A stretch of 60,652 bases of DNA from Candidatus Saelkia tenebricola (GCA_030765145.1 JAVCDA010000021.1:1-60652), one strand, 5' to 3'. Shown: positions 20,645 through 30,836, numbered from the stretch's first letter. Numbers and translations: made by a program. Notes: a model not told the origin generated them from the letters alone.

Positions 20645-22048
20645 ATGGGTAAGAAGAATTATGTTCTAATTCGGCATATTGTATATATTATTTTCGTGTT
20701 TAGTTCCTGGTTTTTAAGCCTTAGATCAGGTTTGTCAAACATTCAGGCACTTTCTATTGGAGTGTTTTCTGCTTCAATTTCAGGAACGATATTTTTCTGG
20801 GAATATCGTTTAAGTTTTGCTCTCTGGGGGTCAGTTGTATTGATATTAATGAAAGTTGTTAATTTAATTGAATTTGTAAGTTTTGCTTCTTTAGAAATCA
20901 TACTTTTCCTTATCGGAATGATGATTATTACCGGCAACTTGAAGGAACTGGGGTTTTTTGATTGGATTTTAAGCAAACTCCTTAAGATTAGAAGGCTTAC
21001 GGCAGAAAAATTTCTATTGCTTCTAATATTTATGTCAGCAATATCTGCATGTTGTGTAGATGAGGTTTCGTCAATTATCTTTATGGTAGTTTTGGTTTTT
21101 ACAGTTTGTGATTATTTCGAGATAAATCCCGTTCCCTTTATGATCATCTCAATACTGGCGACGAATGTGGGGTCCACCGGAACTGTTTTAGGTAATCCGA
21201 TAGGTATTCTAATTGCTTCTAAAGCCGGGCTTAATTTTGAATCTTTTCTCGTGCATTCTTTTCCTGTAATGATAGTTTTATCAACCATTTTATATTTTAT
21301 CGTAAGAGTTGTTTTTTCAAAGCCATTAAAAGAATTGCGTAAAAAAATAGAGCTTTATGGTCCTAATGATACATTATCATATTTGATCAAAGTACCTGCT
21401 GATCGAGATTTACGTATCGGGATTACTGTTGCAATAATTACTTTGCTTATCATTGCTTTACATCATAGATTGGAGATGCTACTTCAGTTAGAATCAAACA
21501 CAATTCTTTTAATTGCTCCGCTGTTATCTTCAGGTGTTCTTATGGCCTGGAGAAAAAAACAAGCCAGGATTTATGTCGAACAAGAAGTTGAATGGTGGAC
21601 AATTATTTTTTTCCTCTTTTTGTTTGCACAAGCCGGTGTATTGGAGCATACAGGTGTTACGAAGTTTCTTGCCGAAAAATTAGCTACATATCTTGCCTAT
21701 AGTAGACCAATATTTATTGCTTCGACGTTAGGATTAAGTGCAATAGCATCAAGTGTGCTTGATAATGTGATTTTAGTTGCAGCATTCATTCCTATTTTAA
21801 AAGAAATCTTGACAATACGGCCCGAATTCTCTCAAGTTGCCTGGTGGGTGCTTCTATACGGTGCATGTATAGGAGGAAATCTTACATTTATCGGTTCTAC
21901 AGCAAATATAGTTGCTTTAGGGATGCTAGAGAAGAGGAAGCGTATTTATATAGAATTTATTTACTGGTTTATTCCCGGAGTTATATCTACGGTGATATTG
22001 TTAACTGTAGCGTATTTTATATTTATGTTTGTTCCCTTGTATCGATAG
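20645..22048 (+). CDS. ArsB/NhaD/SLC13-like ion transporter (IT superfamily)
   Basis: Highly hydrophobic; ATNVGSTGTVLGNP and GACIGGNLTFIGSTANIVA motifs. Confidence 0.85.
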   Translation: MGKKNYVLIRHIVYIIFVFSSWFLSLRSGLSNIQALSIGVFSASISGTIFFWEYRLSFALWGSVVLILMKVVNLIEFVSFASLEIILFLIGMMIITGNLKELGFFDWILSKLLKIRRLTAEKFLLLLIFMSAISACCVDEVSSIIFMVVLVFTVCDYFEINPVPFMIISILATNVGSTGTVLGNPIGILIASKAGLNFESFLVHSFPVMIVLSTILYFIVRVVFSKPLKELRKKIELYGPNDTLSYLIKVPADRDLRIGITVAIITLLIIALHHRLEMLLQLESNTILLIAPLLSSGVLMAWRKKQARIYVEQEVEWWTIIFFLFLFAQAGVLEHTGVTKFLAEKLATYLAYSRPIFIASTLGLSAIASSVLDNVILVAAFIPILKEILTIRPEFSQVAWWVLLYGACIGGNLTFIGSTANIVALGMLEKRKRIYIEFIYWFIPGVISTVILLTVAYFIFMFVPLYR

Positions 22049-22121
22049 AAATTTTGGGTGTATAATTTTTTGATTTGTATAGTATGAGTAATTTTATTTA
22101 AAAATTAACTTAGATTGTTAG

Positions 22122-23456
22122 ATGAAAAAGATAATTATTATAATTAGTGTATTTTTTGCTTGTCTGGTTTTTATTTCAGGCATTTTTCTTGTTCGACATC
22201 ATCACAGACTTAATGTTGTGTTGATTACAATAGATGCTCTTAGATGGGATCATCTTGGTTTTATGGGTTACGGAAAAGATACATCTCCTGCATTAGATAA
22301 TATATCTAAAAATAGCTTTTTATTTACCCATGTTATTACACAGGCTAATTTTACTCCCCCTTCTATTTGTTCGCTATTGACTTCTACTTATCCTGGTAAA
22401 CATAAAGTTTTTGATTTTGGTTATGAAATATCAAAAGATGTAGTCAGTATAGCCGAAATATTGAAAAAAAAAGGATACTTTACAGCATTGATATCAGAAC
22501 ATGCAGCTTTTGACATCATAAAAGGTTTAGATAAAAGGTTTGATTTATTTGAAATTTCCGGCGTGGAGAAAAGTGAGTTTAAAGAAAAAATCAAAGGTTT
22601 TTTAAATATAAATAAAAAGCCCTTTTTTTTATACCTACACCTAATGAGTCCGCATGCTGACTTTAAGTTTCTCCCAGTTGGTTATCAGAGATTATTTTCG
22701 CCCGAAGATTATTTCAGTCAGACAATAAATACATTAAAATCCCAAGGAAATAAAATATTGCCTAATGTACTAGAGCCGGGAATTAATGATATTTCTTATT
22801 ATCTTGCTAGATATGATTCAGCTATTAAATATGCAGATTCTCAAATAGCATATCTTTTAAATATGTTAGATGGTAAAAAATTAACTGATAAAACGTTAAT
22901 AATTATTTCTTCCGATCATGGGGAACTTCTTGGTGAGCATGGATATTATTTTCATCACAGAACACCAGGAATGTACGAACAAGAGATAAAAGTAGGGTGT
23001 CTTATTTATCATCGGAATCATATCGAAGGTTTTAATACAATAGGTCAGCAAGTGGAGTCAATAGATATTATGCCTACTATTTTAGATTATCTTAAGATAC
23101 CAAAAAATAGAGATATGCAAGGTGTGAGTTTATATCCTCTTATAAAAGGTGATAATAATTATGAGAAGAAATATGCTTTTTCATTTTCGTTTTCACGAGG
23201 AAGTGTAAATCATGTGGTGAGAACTGATAAGCATAAATTACTCTTGCAACATGGAGGTGTTTTATCTCTTTTTGACTTATCTTTAGAAGAAAGCGCACAA
23301 AATGATATCTATACAACGGAATCTGTTATCGGTAAAGAGTTGAATCTTGTTTTAGATGATTATATTAAAGAGAATTTTTCATTTCGATTAGAAGAACACA
23401 TACAATTATCTGAAAAAGAAAAGATGAGATTGAGAAGTTTAGGGTATACTTATTAA
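22122..23456 (+). CDS. Sulfatase-like alkaline phosphatase superfamily protein with Thr at the nucleophile site
   Basis: TM anchor, NVVLITIDALRWD, FTPPSICSLLT, HLMSPH, SDHGE, C-terminal RLRSLGY. Confidence 0.85.
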   Translation: MKKIIIIISVFFACLVFISGIFLVRHHHRLNVVLITIDALRWDHLGFMGYGKDTSPALDNISKNSFLFTHVITQANFTPPSICSLLTSTYPGKHKVFDFGYEISKDVVSIAEILKKKGYFTALISEHAAFDIIKGLDKRFDLFEISGVEKSEFKEKIKGFLNINKKPFFLYLHLMSPHADFKFLPVGYQRLFSPEDYFSQTINTLKSQGNKILPNVLEPGINDISYYLARYDSAIKYADSQIAYLLNMLDGKKLTDKTLIIISSDHGELLGEHGYYFHHRTPGMYEQEIKVGCLIYHRNHIEGFNTIGQQVESIDIMPTILDYLKIPKNRDMQGVSLYPLIKGDNNYEKKYAFSFSFSRGSVNHVVRTDKHKLLLQHGGVLSLFDLSLEESAQNDIYTTESVIGKELNLVLDDYIKENFSFRLEEHIQLSEKEKMRLRSLGYTY

Positions 23457-23482
23457 CTTATGATAAATATGTTGTCTATAAA

Positions 23483-25486
23483 ATGATAGCCTATTTAGAT
23501 CCTGGAGCAGGTTTTACTTTTTTCAAAGAACCATTATTTTTGCTGCCGATTTTAGGTGGGATAATTTATTTTTTTTTATTACTTTTTAAAATAACCTGGA
23601 GATTTATTTTAAAATTTAGATTGATTTTTATTTTAGCTGTAATACTTTTAGTAATAGGAGGAATTATTGTGTTAAAAGGAGAAAAACAACCTCAAAAAAA
23701 AGTATTGATTTTAGGAATAGATGCAATGGACCCAGAGATCACAAAGTATTTATTAGATTCGGGGAAATTGCCTAATTTTATGGCGTTAAAGGAAAAAGGG
23801 TATTATTCCAAACTTAAGACTGTAATCCCCGCAGAGTCATGCGTTGTCTGGACATGTTTTGCAACGGGTGCTCAACCTGCAGATTGCGGTATATTTGATT
23901 TTATAATGCGGGATCCTCAGACATATGTACCTTACTTGGGTTTAAATGAAGTAGTTCCAGATGTTAAGTTTATCAAAATAGGAAAATTTAAAATTCCGAT
24001 TTCAAAAAAACTTAAAGCAAGAAATTTAGTTAAAAAAGAATCTTTTTGGAATAGTTTATCTAATAGTGATATTCCTGTCTCAGTATATTTTCATCCCAAC
24101 ACTTTTCCTGCGGAAAAGATTTACGGAAATATGATATCCGGGATGGGAGTTCCTGACCTTTACGGTACTATGGGCAGGTTTCTTTTTTACAGTGAGAATG
24201 AAATGGGAGATAAAAAAGATAGCCGGGGAAAAATTATACGGGTAAATAAGAAAGGAAATATTATAAAAACTTTTATATACGGTCCTAAGATAGAAACAAA
24301 AGGTAGGGCAGAGGAAAGCAAAATTCCTCTGGATATTACGGTTGATACTGTGCGGAATAATATCGAGCTAAAATTAGCAAAAGACAATTTTATACTTCAA
24401 AAAGGGGAATGGAGTTCTTTCCATAGGGTAGCGTTTAAGATTAATGCTTTTAGATATATTAAAGGAATAGTTAAATTTTATTTAAAAAGTGTAGAACCGT
24501 TGGAATTGTACTGTAGCCCGGTCAATATTGATCCTTTAAATCCAATCTTTCCAATTTCTCATCCCAAAAAATATAGTGCTAAACTTGCGAAAGATGTTGG
24601 TTTTTATCATACCCAAGGCATGCCGCATGATACGTGGGCATTTGTAGAGGGTAAGTTGGATGAAAAAGCATTCCTGCAGCATGTGGATGATATTTTAGGT
24701 GAGAAAGTAAAAATATTCAACAAAGCTTTTGAAAAATTTCATTCCGGAGTTATGTTTTTCTACATAGATACTCTGGATATTGTGCAACATCTATTCTGGA
24801 GACAGATGAAAGAAAATAATTCTCAAAGGATATATGATTATTATGTTAAAATGGACCAAATTCTGGCGAATATTCTGGCTAAAATAGATAAGAATACAAC
24901 CCTTATTGTTCTATCAGACCATGGTTTTAAATCTTTTGATTATACTGTAGATTTGAACCATTGGTTATATGAACATGGTTATCTGGTTATGAAAGAGGGT
25001 ATTAATACAAGCGATGGATTTTTTGAAGGAGTAGATTGGAATAAAACTCAAGCTTATGCTTTGGGCTTTGGATCGATATATATAAACAAGTTTGGTAGGG
25101 AAAAATTTGGTATTGTTATGAATGAAGATTATAAAAAGATAAAGATGGAAATTAAGGATAAACTGCTTGAAATGGTTAATCCAGATAGTAAAGAGAGTGC
25201 TATTTCTAAAGTATATACCAATGATGAAGTTTTTTCTGGTACTTATGAATATTTAGCTCCGGATTTATATGTGGGTTTCTATCCCGGATATAGAGTGAGT
25301 TGGCAGACAGCCTTAGGCGGTCTTTCGGATGATTTGATAAAGCCTAATACCAAACTCTGGAGCGGAACTCATTTAATAGACCCGGAATTTGTTCCAGGAG
25401 TTATATTCTCAAATCAAAAATTGCATCTTAATAATCCGGAGATTGTTGATATTGCTCCTTTAATAACGAATATGTATCAATTTTGA
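23483..25486 (+). CDS. Alkaline phosphatase superfamily / nucleotide pyrophosphatase-like protein
   Basis: N-terminal AYLDPGAG plus two TMs; LGIDAMD, PAESCVVW, DIVQHLFW, SDHGF, WSGTH. Confidence 0.85.
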   Translation: MIAYLDPGAGFTFFKEPLFLLPILGGIIYFFLLLFKITWRFILKFRLIFILAVILLVIGGIIVLKGEKQPQKKVLILGIDAMDPEITKYLLDSGKLPNFMALKEKGYYSKLKTVIPAESCVVWTCFATGAQPADCGIFDFIMRDPQTYVPYLGLNEVVPDVKFIKIGKFKIPISKKLKARNLVKKESFWNSLSNSDIPVSVYFHPNTFPAEKIYGNMISGMGVPDLYGTMGRFLFYSENEMGDKKDSRGKIIRVNKKGNIIKTFIYGPKIETKGRAEESKIPLDITVDTVRNNIELKLAKDNFILQKGEWSSFHRVAFKINAFRYIKGIVKFYLKSVEPLELYCSPVNIDPLNPIFPISHPKKYSAKLAKDVGFYHTQGMPHDTWAFVEGKLDEKAFLQHVDDILGEKVKIFNKAFEKFHSGVMFFYIDTLDIVQHLFWRQMKENNSQRIYDYYVKMDQILANILAKIDKNTTLIVLSDHGFKSFDYTVDLNHWLYEHGYLVMKEGINTSDGFFEGVDWNKTQAYALGFGSIYINKFGREKFGIVMNEDYKKIKMEIKDKLLEMVNPDSKESAISKVYTNDEVFSGTYEYLAPDLYVGFYPGYRVSWQTALGGLSDDLIKPNTKLWSGTHLIDPEFVPGVIFSNQKLHLNNPEIVDIAPLITNMYQF

Positions 25487-25519
25487 GTGTTGCATAACTG
25501 TTTCATAAGTTTTAAGAGT

Positions 25520-26746
25520 TTATTCCCATATTGAGGTTGTTATGATTCCTACAGCATAAGTATTGCCGTTTTTAACCAGAATAAACCTGCCTAGTTCCCG
25601 GATATTATTGAAATTAGCTATTACAATTGGTTTTTTTGTTTTAATAACTACTTCTGCCATATCAAGGTTTTCTAAAACATTTACATTTTCTTTAATTGTT
25701 TTGAGAGTAGAAGAATTGATTCTTTTGTTTATTTTTTCTATCCTGCAAGTCACCTCTTGTGTTGAATAGCGCATAATCATTTCTTTATTTTTATCAAACC
25801 TTTTATCTTCCATCCAGAAAACAGTAGCAGAGAATTTATCTCTTAGTAAAGGAGTTTTATCCGGTGAACAGATTACATCTCCTCTTTTTACAGGTAGCTG
25901 CTTAAGTAAAGTGATGCCAATGCTTTCGCAGGAATAAGCTTTTACTACCTTCCAGGGATATTTTTCAATAGACTTAATTTTTGTTGTTTTCTCAGCCGGT
26001 AAAATCTTTATGGTTTGAGACCTTCTAAGAGAACCTGAAATTATTCTTCCCGCAATAACAGTTTCACCATTTATATTGTAAACATCTTGGACAGGGAAGA
26101 TTAATGTTTTATTGTTAAGCGTTTCGCGTTTAAAACTCGTTAGACTTTTTAAAAAAGGAGCCCCTTTATACCAACTCATTTTTTTAGAACGACGAATGAT
26201 ATTTTCACCATTAAGGGCGGAAATGGGGATACAATGAATTATTGCCATATTAATAGATTCAAGAAATTTATTAATCTCATTTTTAACATTTAAAAATTGC
26301 TCTTGCTTATAATTCACTAGGTCCATCTTGTTTAAAACAACAATGACTTCTTTAAACCCCAATAAAGATAAAAGATGAGCATGCCTCTTGGTTTGCTCTT
26401 TAAGTGATTCGATTACATCAACAATTAAAACAGCAGAATCTGCCTGAGAGGCTCCGGTAATCATATTCTTAACAAATTCAACATGTCCCGGAGCATCTAT
26501 AATTACGTAATTTGTTCTTCCAGATTTTAAAAATACCTGGGTTGTATCGATTGTAATGTCTCCTTCACGTTCTTCTTTTAAATGATCCAGAAAATAGGCA
26601 AATTTTCTATCAGAAGATACTTTTTCTACCTCTCTGATTTTGTCATAAGCTAAAGAACCGGTGTCATAAAGTAACCTGCCGATAAGAGTAGATTTACCAT
26701 GGTCAACGTGTCCGGTAATGACAAGCTTAATATCCTGTTTTTTCAT
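25520..26746 (-). CDS. cysN: Sulfate adenylyltransferase large (GTPase) subunit, no APS-kinase domain
   Basis: [37 protein letters not shown]; in an operon with cysD. Confidence 0.9.
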   Translation of the reverse strand: MKKQDIKLVITGHVDHGKSTLIGRLLYDTGSLAYDKIREVEKVSSDRKFAYFLDHLKEEREGDITIDTTQVFLKSGRTNYVIIDAPGHVEFVKNMITGASQADSAVLIVDVIESLKEQTKRHAHLLSLLGFKEVIVVLNKMDLVNYKQEQFLNVKNEINKFLESINMAIIHCIPISALNGENIIRRSKKMSWYKGAPFLKSLTSFKRETLNNKTLIFPVQDVYNINGETVIAGRIISGSLRRSQTIKILPAEKTTKIKSIEKYPWKVVKAYSCESIGITLLKQLPVKRGDVICSPDKTPLLRDKFSATVFWMEDKRFDKNKEMIMRYSTQEVTCRIEKINKRINSSTLKTIKENVNVLENLDMAEVVIKTKKPIVIANFNNIRELGRFILVKNGNTYAVGIITTSIWE

Positions 26747-27531
26747 ATCAGGTTGCTTAAGGTCTTAACTATTGTAATTATGCCCAAAAATATTGTAAGA
26801 GTTGCAATTGCTAATTTTAAATTTCGGATGCTTATTCTTTTTATACTTTTAGCGGAAAAAGGAGTTGCAATAACGGCCCCAATGATAATATATGGCGCCA
26901 GAGTCCAATCGATGCCATTTTTAACTATCAACAAATAAGTCATGACACCTACAAAACAAGTTAAACTTTCAGATAGAGAGGTGATCCCTATAGCATTTTT
27001 ACTTTCAATGCCGGATAAGATCTGTCCTCCTGTTACTATTGGACCGTATCCTCCTCCGCTTATTCCTTTGTTGAAAGAAGCGGTTAGACCTAACAATGTA
27101 ATTTTAGGCCAGGAAAAAATATATTTTTTATCCAGAGTTATAAGAATAATTATTCCCATTACAAAAACCAGGCATCCAATATAAAGTTGCAGCCAAAATT
27201 TAGGGATATGAACAGCTATAAAAACTGCAGTGATAGTGCCTATAATACTGCAGGTGGTCAGAATTAAAGCAATTTTTAAATGATGAGACATTCCATTTTT
27301 AAAAAATTTGAGATTAACATTACCTTCTCGATGATGTAGTGAAGCCGCTAGCAGCCCTGTTATGAACTCGGATAATAAAATAACAGGTATAATTTGAAGC
27401 GGTTTAAAACCAAAGAGGAAAAGTATAGGTGCTAAAGCAGTTCCATAGCCCATGCCAAGAGTTGAATCTATATACTCACAGATAAAAGCTAATAAAATCA
27501 GGAGTATTATTATGCCCAAATTAAGCGTCAT
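26743..27531 (-). CDS. TauE/SafE family sulfite/anion exporter
   Basis: Multi-TM; [11 protein letters not shown] and [10 protein letters not shown] motifs. Confidence 0.88.
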   Translation of the reverse strand: MTLNLGIIILLILLAFICEYIDSTLGMGYGTALAPILFLFGFKPLQIIPVILLSEFITGLLAASLHHREGNVNLKFFKNGMSHHLKIALILTTCSIIGTITAVFIAVHIPKFWLQLYIGCLVFVMGIIILITLDKKYIFSWPKITLLGLTASFNKGISGGGYGPIVTGGQILSGIESKNAIGITSLSESLTCFVGVMTYLLIVKNGIDWTLAPYIIIGAVIATPFSAKSIKRISIRNLKLAIATLTIFLGIITIVKTLSNLI

Positions 27532-27534
27532 TAT

Positions 27535-28335
27535 TTACATATATCCCAGAGAACGTAATTTTTGCATAGTATAATCATCTTCTTTATCCTGGGCCCGCCC
27601 GGAGCGTTCGGATATTTTAGATGTTTTAAGCTCTCTAATAATTTTACTTATGGTATTAGCATCTGAGGCTATAGAATCACAGCAGCATTCACAGCCTATA
27701 CTTCTGTAGCGCTGTCCATTTTTAGCGAAATATAGAGAAACTACAGAGATTCTTTCTTTTTTGATATATTCCCAGACATCAATTTCTCGCCATCCCAGTA
27801 GAGGATGAATTCTTAAATGCTCATTGTTGTTTGCCCAAGTTTTATACTGATTCCATACCTCAAGAGGCTGGTTTTTATAATTCCATTTAAAATTTTTATC
27901 TCTGGGGGAAAAGTTTCTTTCTTTGGCGCGGATTCCGTGCTCATCACGTCGGATAGCGAGGTATAAAGCGGAAAATCCGTATTCTGAAATTATCTTTTTT
28001 AAAGCGTTAGTCTTAAGCTCATTGCAGCATTCAAATTTTCCTTTATCAGGGGTAATTCCCTGATAAAGGGCTTCTTTATTCTCAGCAACAATTAAATTAA
28101 GATTCCATTCTTTTACATATTTATCGCGAAATTCATAAATCTCCTTAAATTTAAAAGAAGTATCAATATGAATGACGGGGAAAGGAATCTTGCCAAAAAA
28201 TGCTTTTCTGATTAGCCAAAGAAGAACTGTCGAATCTTTGCCTATGCTCCAGAGCATTGCAACTTTTTTAAACTGTGCGTATGCTTCGCGTATAATGTAG
28301 ATACTTTGATTTTCTAATTTTTCTAAATAACTCAT
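27535..28335 (-). CDS. cysD: Sulfate adenylyltransferase small subunit
   Basis: LENQSIYIIREAY, PP-loop WSIGKDS, RRDE...RAKER.FSPR, YRSIGC, ERSGRAQD. Confidence 0.93.
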   Translation of the reverse strand: MSYLEKLENQSIYIIREAYAQFKKVAMLWSIGKDSTVLLWLIRKAFFGKIPFPVIHIDTSFKFKEIYEFRDKYVKEWNLNLIVAENKEALYQGITPDKGKFECCNELKTNALKKIISEYGFSALYLAIRRDEHGIRAKERNFSPRDKNFKWNYKNQPLEVWNQYKTWANNNEHLRIHPLLGWREIDVWEYIKKERISVVSLYFAKNGQRYRSIGCECCCDSIASDANTISKIIRELKTSKISERSGRAQDKEDDYTMQKLRSLGYM

Positions 28336-28646
28336 ATCATTATGGTTTAATAATATCAGAAATTCAGTTTAGCGCCTAATTTTAAAATAAAATCCCCGTT
28401 TTTTTGATTGAAGAAAATGTTTGAAATTACGGTTTTTAAAATCTCCTCTGATATGCTAAAATTGGTCAAAATTTAATAAAAGATATATTGCAAAACAAGC
28501 AAGGTTCCTTGTAAAATAAAGCGTTAATCAACAAAAAAAGAAGGAACCAATGTCTGTAATGACAAGTATACTAAAAGCGAGAGTCAAGGCAAGGGGAAGA
28601 TTGGTAGATGTGGTATATGTTTTTTATGTAATTCGATACTTTGAAA

Positions 28647-28674
28647 TTGACATTACATGAAGTTCAAGGATAAT
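28647..28674 (+). promoter_or_regulatory. Sigma70-type promoter of cysE, probably leaderless
   Basis: TTGACA (28647-52), 16-bp spacer, GATAAT (28669-74); ATG 8 nt later, no SD. Confidence 0.5.
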
Positions 28675-28682
28675 AAGTAACA

Positions 28683-29384
28683 ATGTCTGTATTATTGATA
28701 ACATTGGGTGTCGGGTTAGTAGTAGCATCAATTTTTATTATTTTTCGTTCTGAGATTGATGCTACTGTGGAAAGAGATCCTGCAGCAAGAAGCAGATTGG
28801 AGATAATTTTTCTCTATTCAGGATTTCATGCAATTGTTGCTTATAGGGTAGCTAACTTATTGCGGAGATTAAAAATCCCAGTAATACCTCGGCTAATTTC
28901 TCAAATCTCACGGTTATTTACCGGTATAGAAATTCATCCTGGTGCGATGGTGAAAAGAGGATTATTTATAGATCATGGTATGGGTGTTGTAATAGGTGAG
29001 ACATCTGTAATAGGTAATAATGTTACTATTTTTCAAGGTGTTACTTTAGGAGGAACGGGTAAAGAGCGTGGCAAACGCCATCCGACTATAGGGGATAATG
29101 TTGTTATTGGAGCCGGCGCTAAAGTTTTAGGAAATATTAATATTGGAAATAATGTTCAAATCGGTTCTAATGCAGTGGTAATAAAAGATGTTCCGAATAA
29201 TTCCACAGTTGTAGGTGTTCCGGGTAGAATTGTTAAAAGAGAGGGGGTAAAGGTTACTGCTATTACTCTTGACCACACTAATTTACCTGATCCTCTTGCA
29301 CAATCGATAAACAAGCTTCAGGACGAAATAAACGTAATTGAAAATGTTATCAAAGATTGGAAACAAAGAAAACGGATGAATTGA
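28683..29384 (+). CDS. cysE: Serine O-acetyltransferase
   Basis: RDPAA, TGIEIHPGA, FIDHGMGVVIGET, GVTLGGTGKERGKRHPT. Confidence 0.96.
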   Translation: MSVLLITLGVGLVVASIFIIFRSEIDATVERDPAARSRLEIIFLYSGFHAIVAYRVANLLRRLKIPVIPRLISQISRLFTGIEIHPGAMVKRGLFIDHGMGVVIGETSVIGNNVTIFQGVTLGGTGKERGKRHPTIGDNVVIGAGAKVLGNINIGNNVQIGSNAVVIKDVPNNSTVVGVPGRIVKREGVKVTAITLDHTNLPDPLAQSINKLQDEINVIENVIKDWKQRKRMN

Positions 29385-29387
29385 AAA

Positions 29388-30836
29388 ATGGGGATTAGAG
29401 TTAAAAATACGTTGACTGGGAAAAAAGAAGAATTCAAGCCTATAAAAGAGGGCGAAGTCAAAATATATCTTTGTGGTCCTACGGTATATGATGATCCGCA
29501 TATAGGACATTTACGAAGTGCTTATGATTTTGATGTTATAAGAAAATATTTTATTTTTCGTGATTATGAGGTTTTATTTTTGCGTAATGTAACAGATGTT
29601 GACGATAAAATTATTCAAAAAGCAAAACAGTTAAATAGTGACAATCTCCTTAAAGCTACCAGGGAAATCTCTGAAAAATATTATAATTCGTATTTTTTGT
29701 GGATGAGTAAATTTGGGATTGCTTCTCCTGATATAGAGCCTTGGGCAACCGATCATATATTTCAGATGCAAAATTTAATCGTGAGGTTGATTGAAAAAGG
29801 TTATGCTTATGAATCCGGCGGAGATGTGTATTTTAGTGTAAGAAAATTTAAAAGTTATGGCAAACTGTCTGGTAGGTCAGTCGATGATATGATTGTGGGT
29901 TCACGTGTTGAACCTCTTGAGACAAAAAATGATCTGCTTGATTTTGCGGTTTGGAAAAAATCAAAACAGGATGAACCTTCCTGGAGTAGTCCCTGGGGAG
30001 AGGGTAGGCCTGGTTGGCATATAGAGTGTTCTGCAATGAGTATGTTCTATTTTGGTGAAAGTTTTGATATCCATTGCGGTGGACGTGATTTAATTTTTCC
30101 TCATCATGAAAATGAGATTGCACAAGCGGAAGCGGTGACAGGTAAAGTCTTTGCGAAATACTGGCTGCATAATGGTATGCTTACAATTAATGGGGAGAAA
30201 ATGTCTAAATCTCTGGGGAATTTTGTTACTGTTGAAGATGTATTAAAAAAATATCATCCGGATGTTGTAAAATTATTTTTTCTTTCAGCTAATTACGATA
30301 GTCCTATAGATTTTACATGGGAAAGGTTAGAGGAGTCAAAAGTAGCTAAGGAGCGTTTCGATTCTTTTTTTTCCAAAGTCAGGAATTTGAAGAAAAGCAG
30401 ACATCGAGAGCAAGAAAATGTATTTTTTGAAGATTTTTTAAAATATGAATTACAGGTTAAGAATTTAAATATTAAATTTATTCAAGCTATGGATGATGAT
30501 TTTAATACGGCTTTGGCAGTTGGAGTTTTATATGAATTGCTTAATTTAGGCAATAAGATTTATCAAGATGAAAAACTATCTTTTCCTCAAAAAGTAATTT
30601 TATTGAGGAAAATAGAGTATTTTCTTTTAAAATCTGGTACAATATTTTCTCTATTTACGTGTGATGAGATTCAAAGTCATGATTATAGCTTTATGATTCA
30701 AAATATTATAAAAATAAGAGAAGAAATTAGAGATTCTAAACAATTTGAACTGGCGGATAGAATTAGAGATATTTTGCAGGATGTAGGCATTGTAATTGAA
30801 GATGGCAAAGAAAATTCCAGCTGGAGAAAGATTTAA
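29388..30836 (+). CDS. cysS: Cysteinyl-tRNA synthetase
   Basis: CGPTVY, HIGH, GRPGWHIECSAM, FPHHENE, KMSKS. Confidence 0.98.
   Translation: MGIRVKNTLTGKKEEFKPIKEGEVKIYLCGPTVYDDPHIGHLRSAYDFDVIRKYFIFRDYEVLFLRNVTDVDDKIIQKAKQLNSDNLLKATREISEKYYNSYFLWMSKFGIASPDIEPWATDHIFQMQNLIVRLIEKGYAYESGGDVYFSVRKFKSYGKLSGRSVDDMIVGSRVEPLETKNDLLDFAVWKKSKQDEPSWSSPWGEGRPGWHIECSAMSMFYFGESFDIHCGGRDLIFPHHENEIAQAEAVTGKVFAKYWLHNGMLTINGEKMSKSLGNFVTVEDVLKKYHPDVVKLFFLSANYDSPIDFTWERLEESKVAKERFDSFFSKVRNLKKSRHREQENVFFEDFLKYELQVKNLNIKFIQAMDDDFNTALAVGVLYELLNLGNKIYQDEKLSFPQKVILLRKIEYFLLKSGTIFSLFTCDEIQSHDYSFMIQNIIKIREEIRDSKQFELADRIRDILQDVGIVIEDGKENSSWRKI

Noticed and set aside
28365-28376. Minus-strand GGCGCTAAACTG upstream of cysD resembling an ops element
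   Set aside because: Two mismatches to GGCGGTAGnnTG, a short operon and no NusG paralog in the window; could be chance
28500-28550. ggttcctt/aaggaacc inverted repeat in the cysD-cysE intergenic region
   Set aside because: 8-bp arms with a long AT-rich loop; no function assignable and no SAM or T-box motifs nearby
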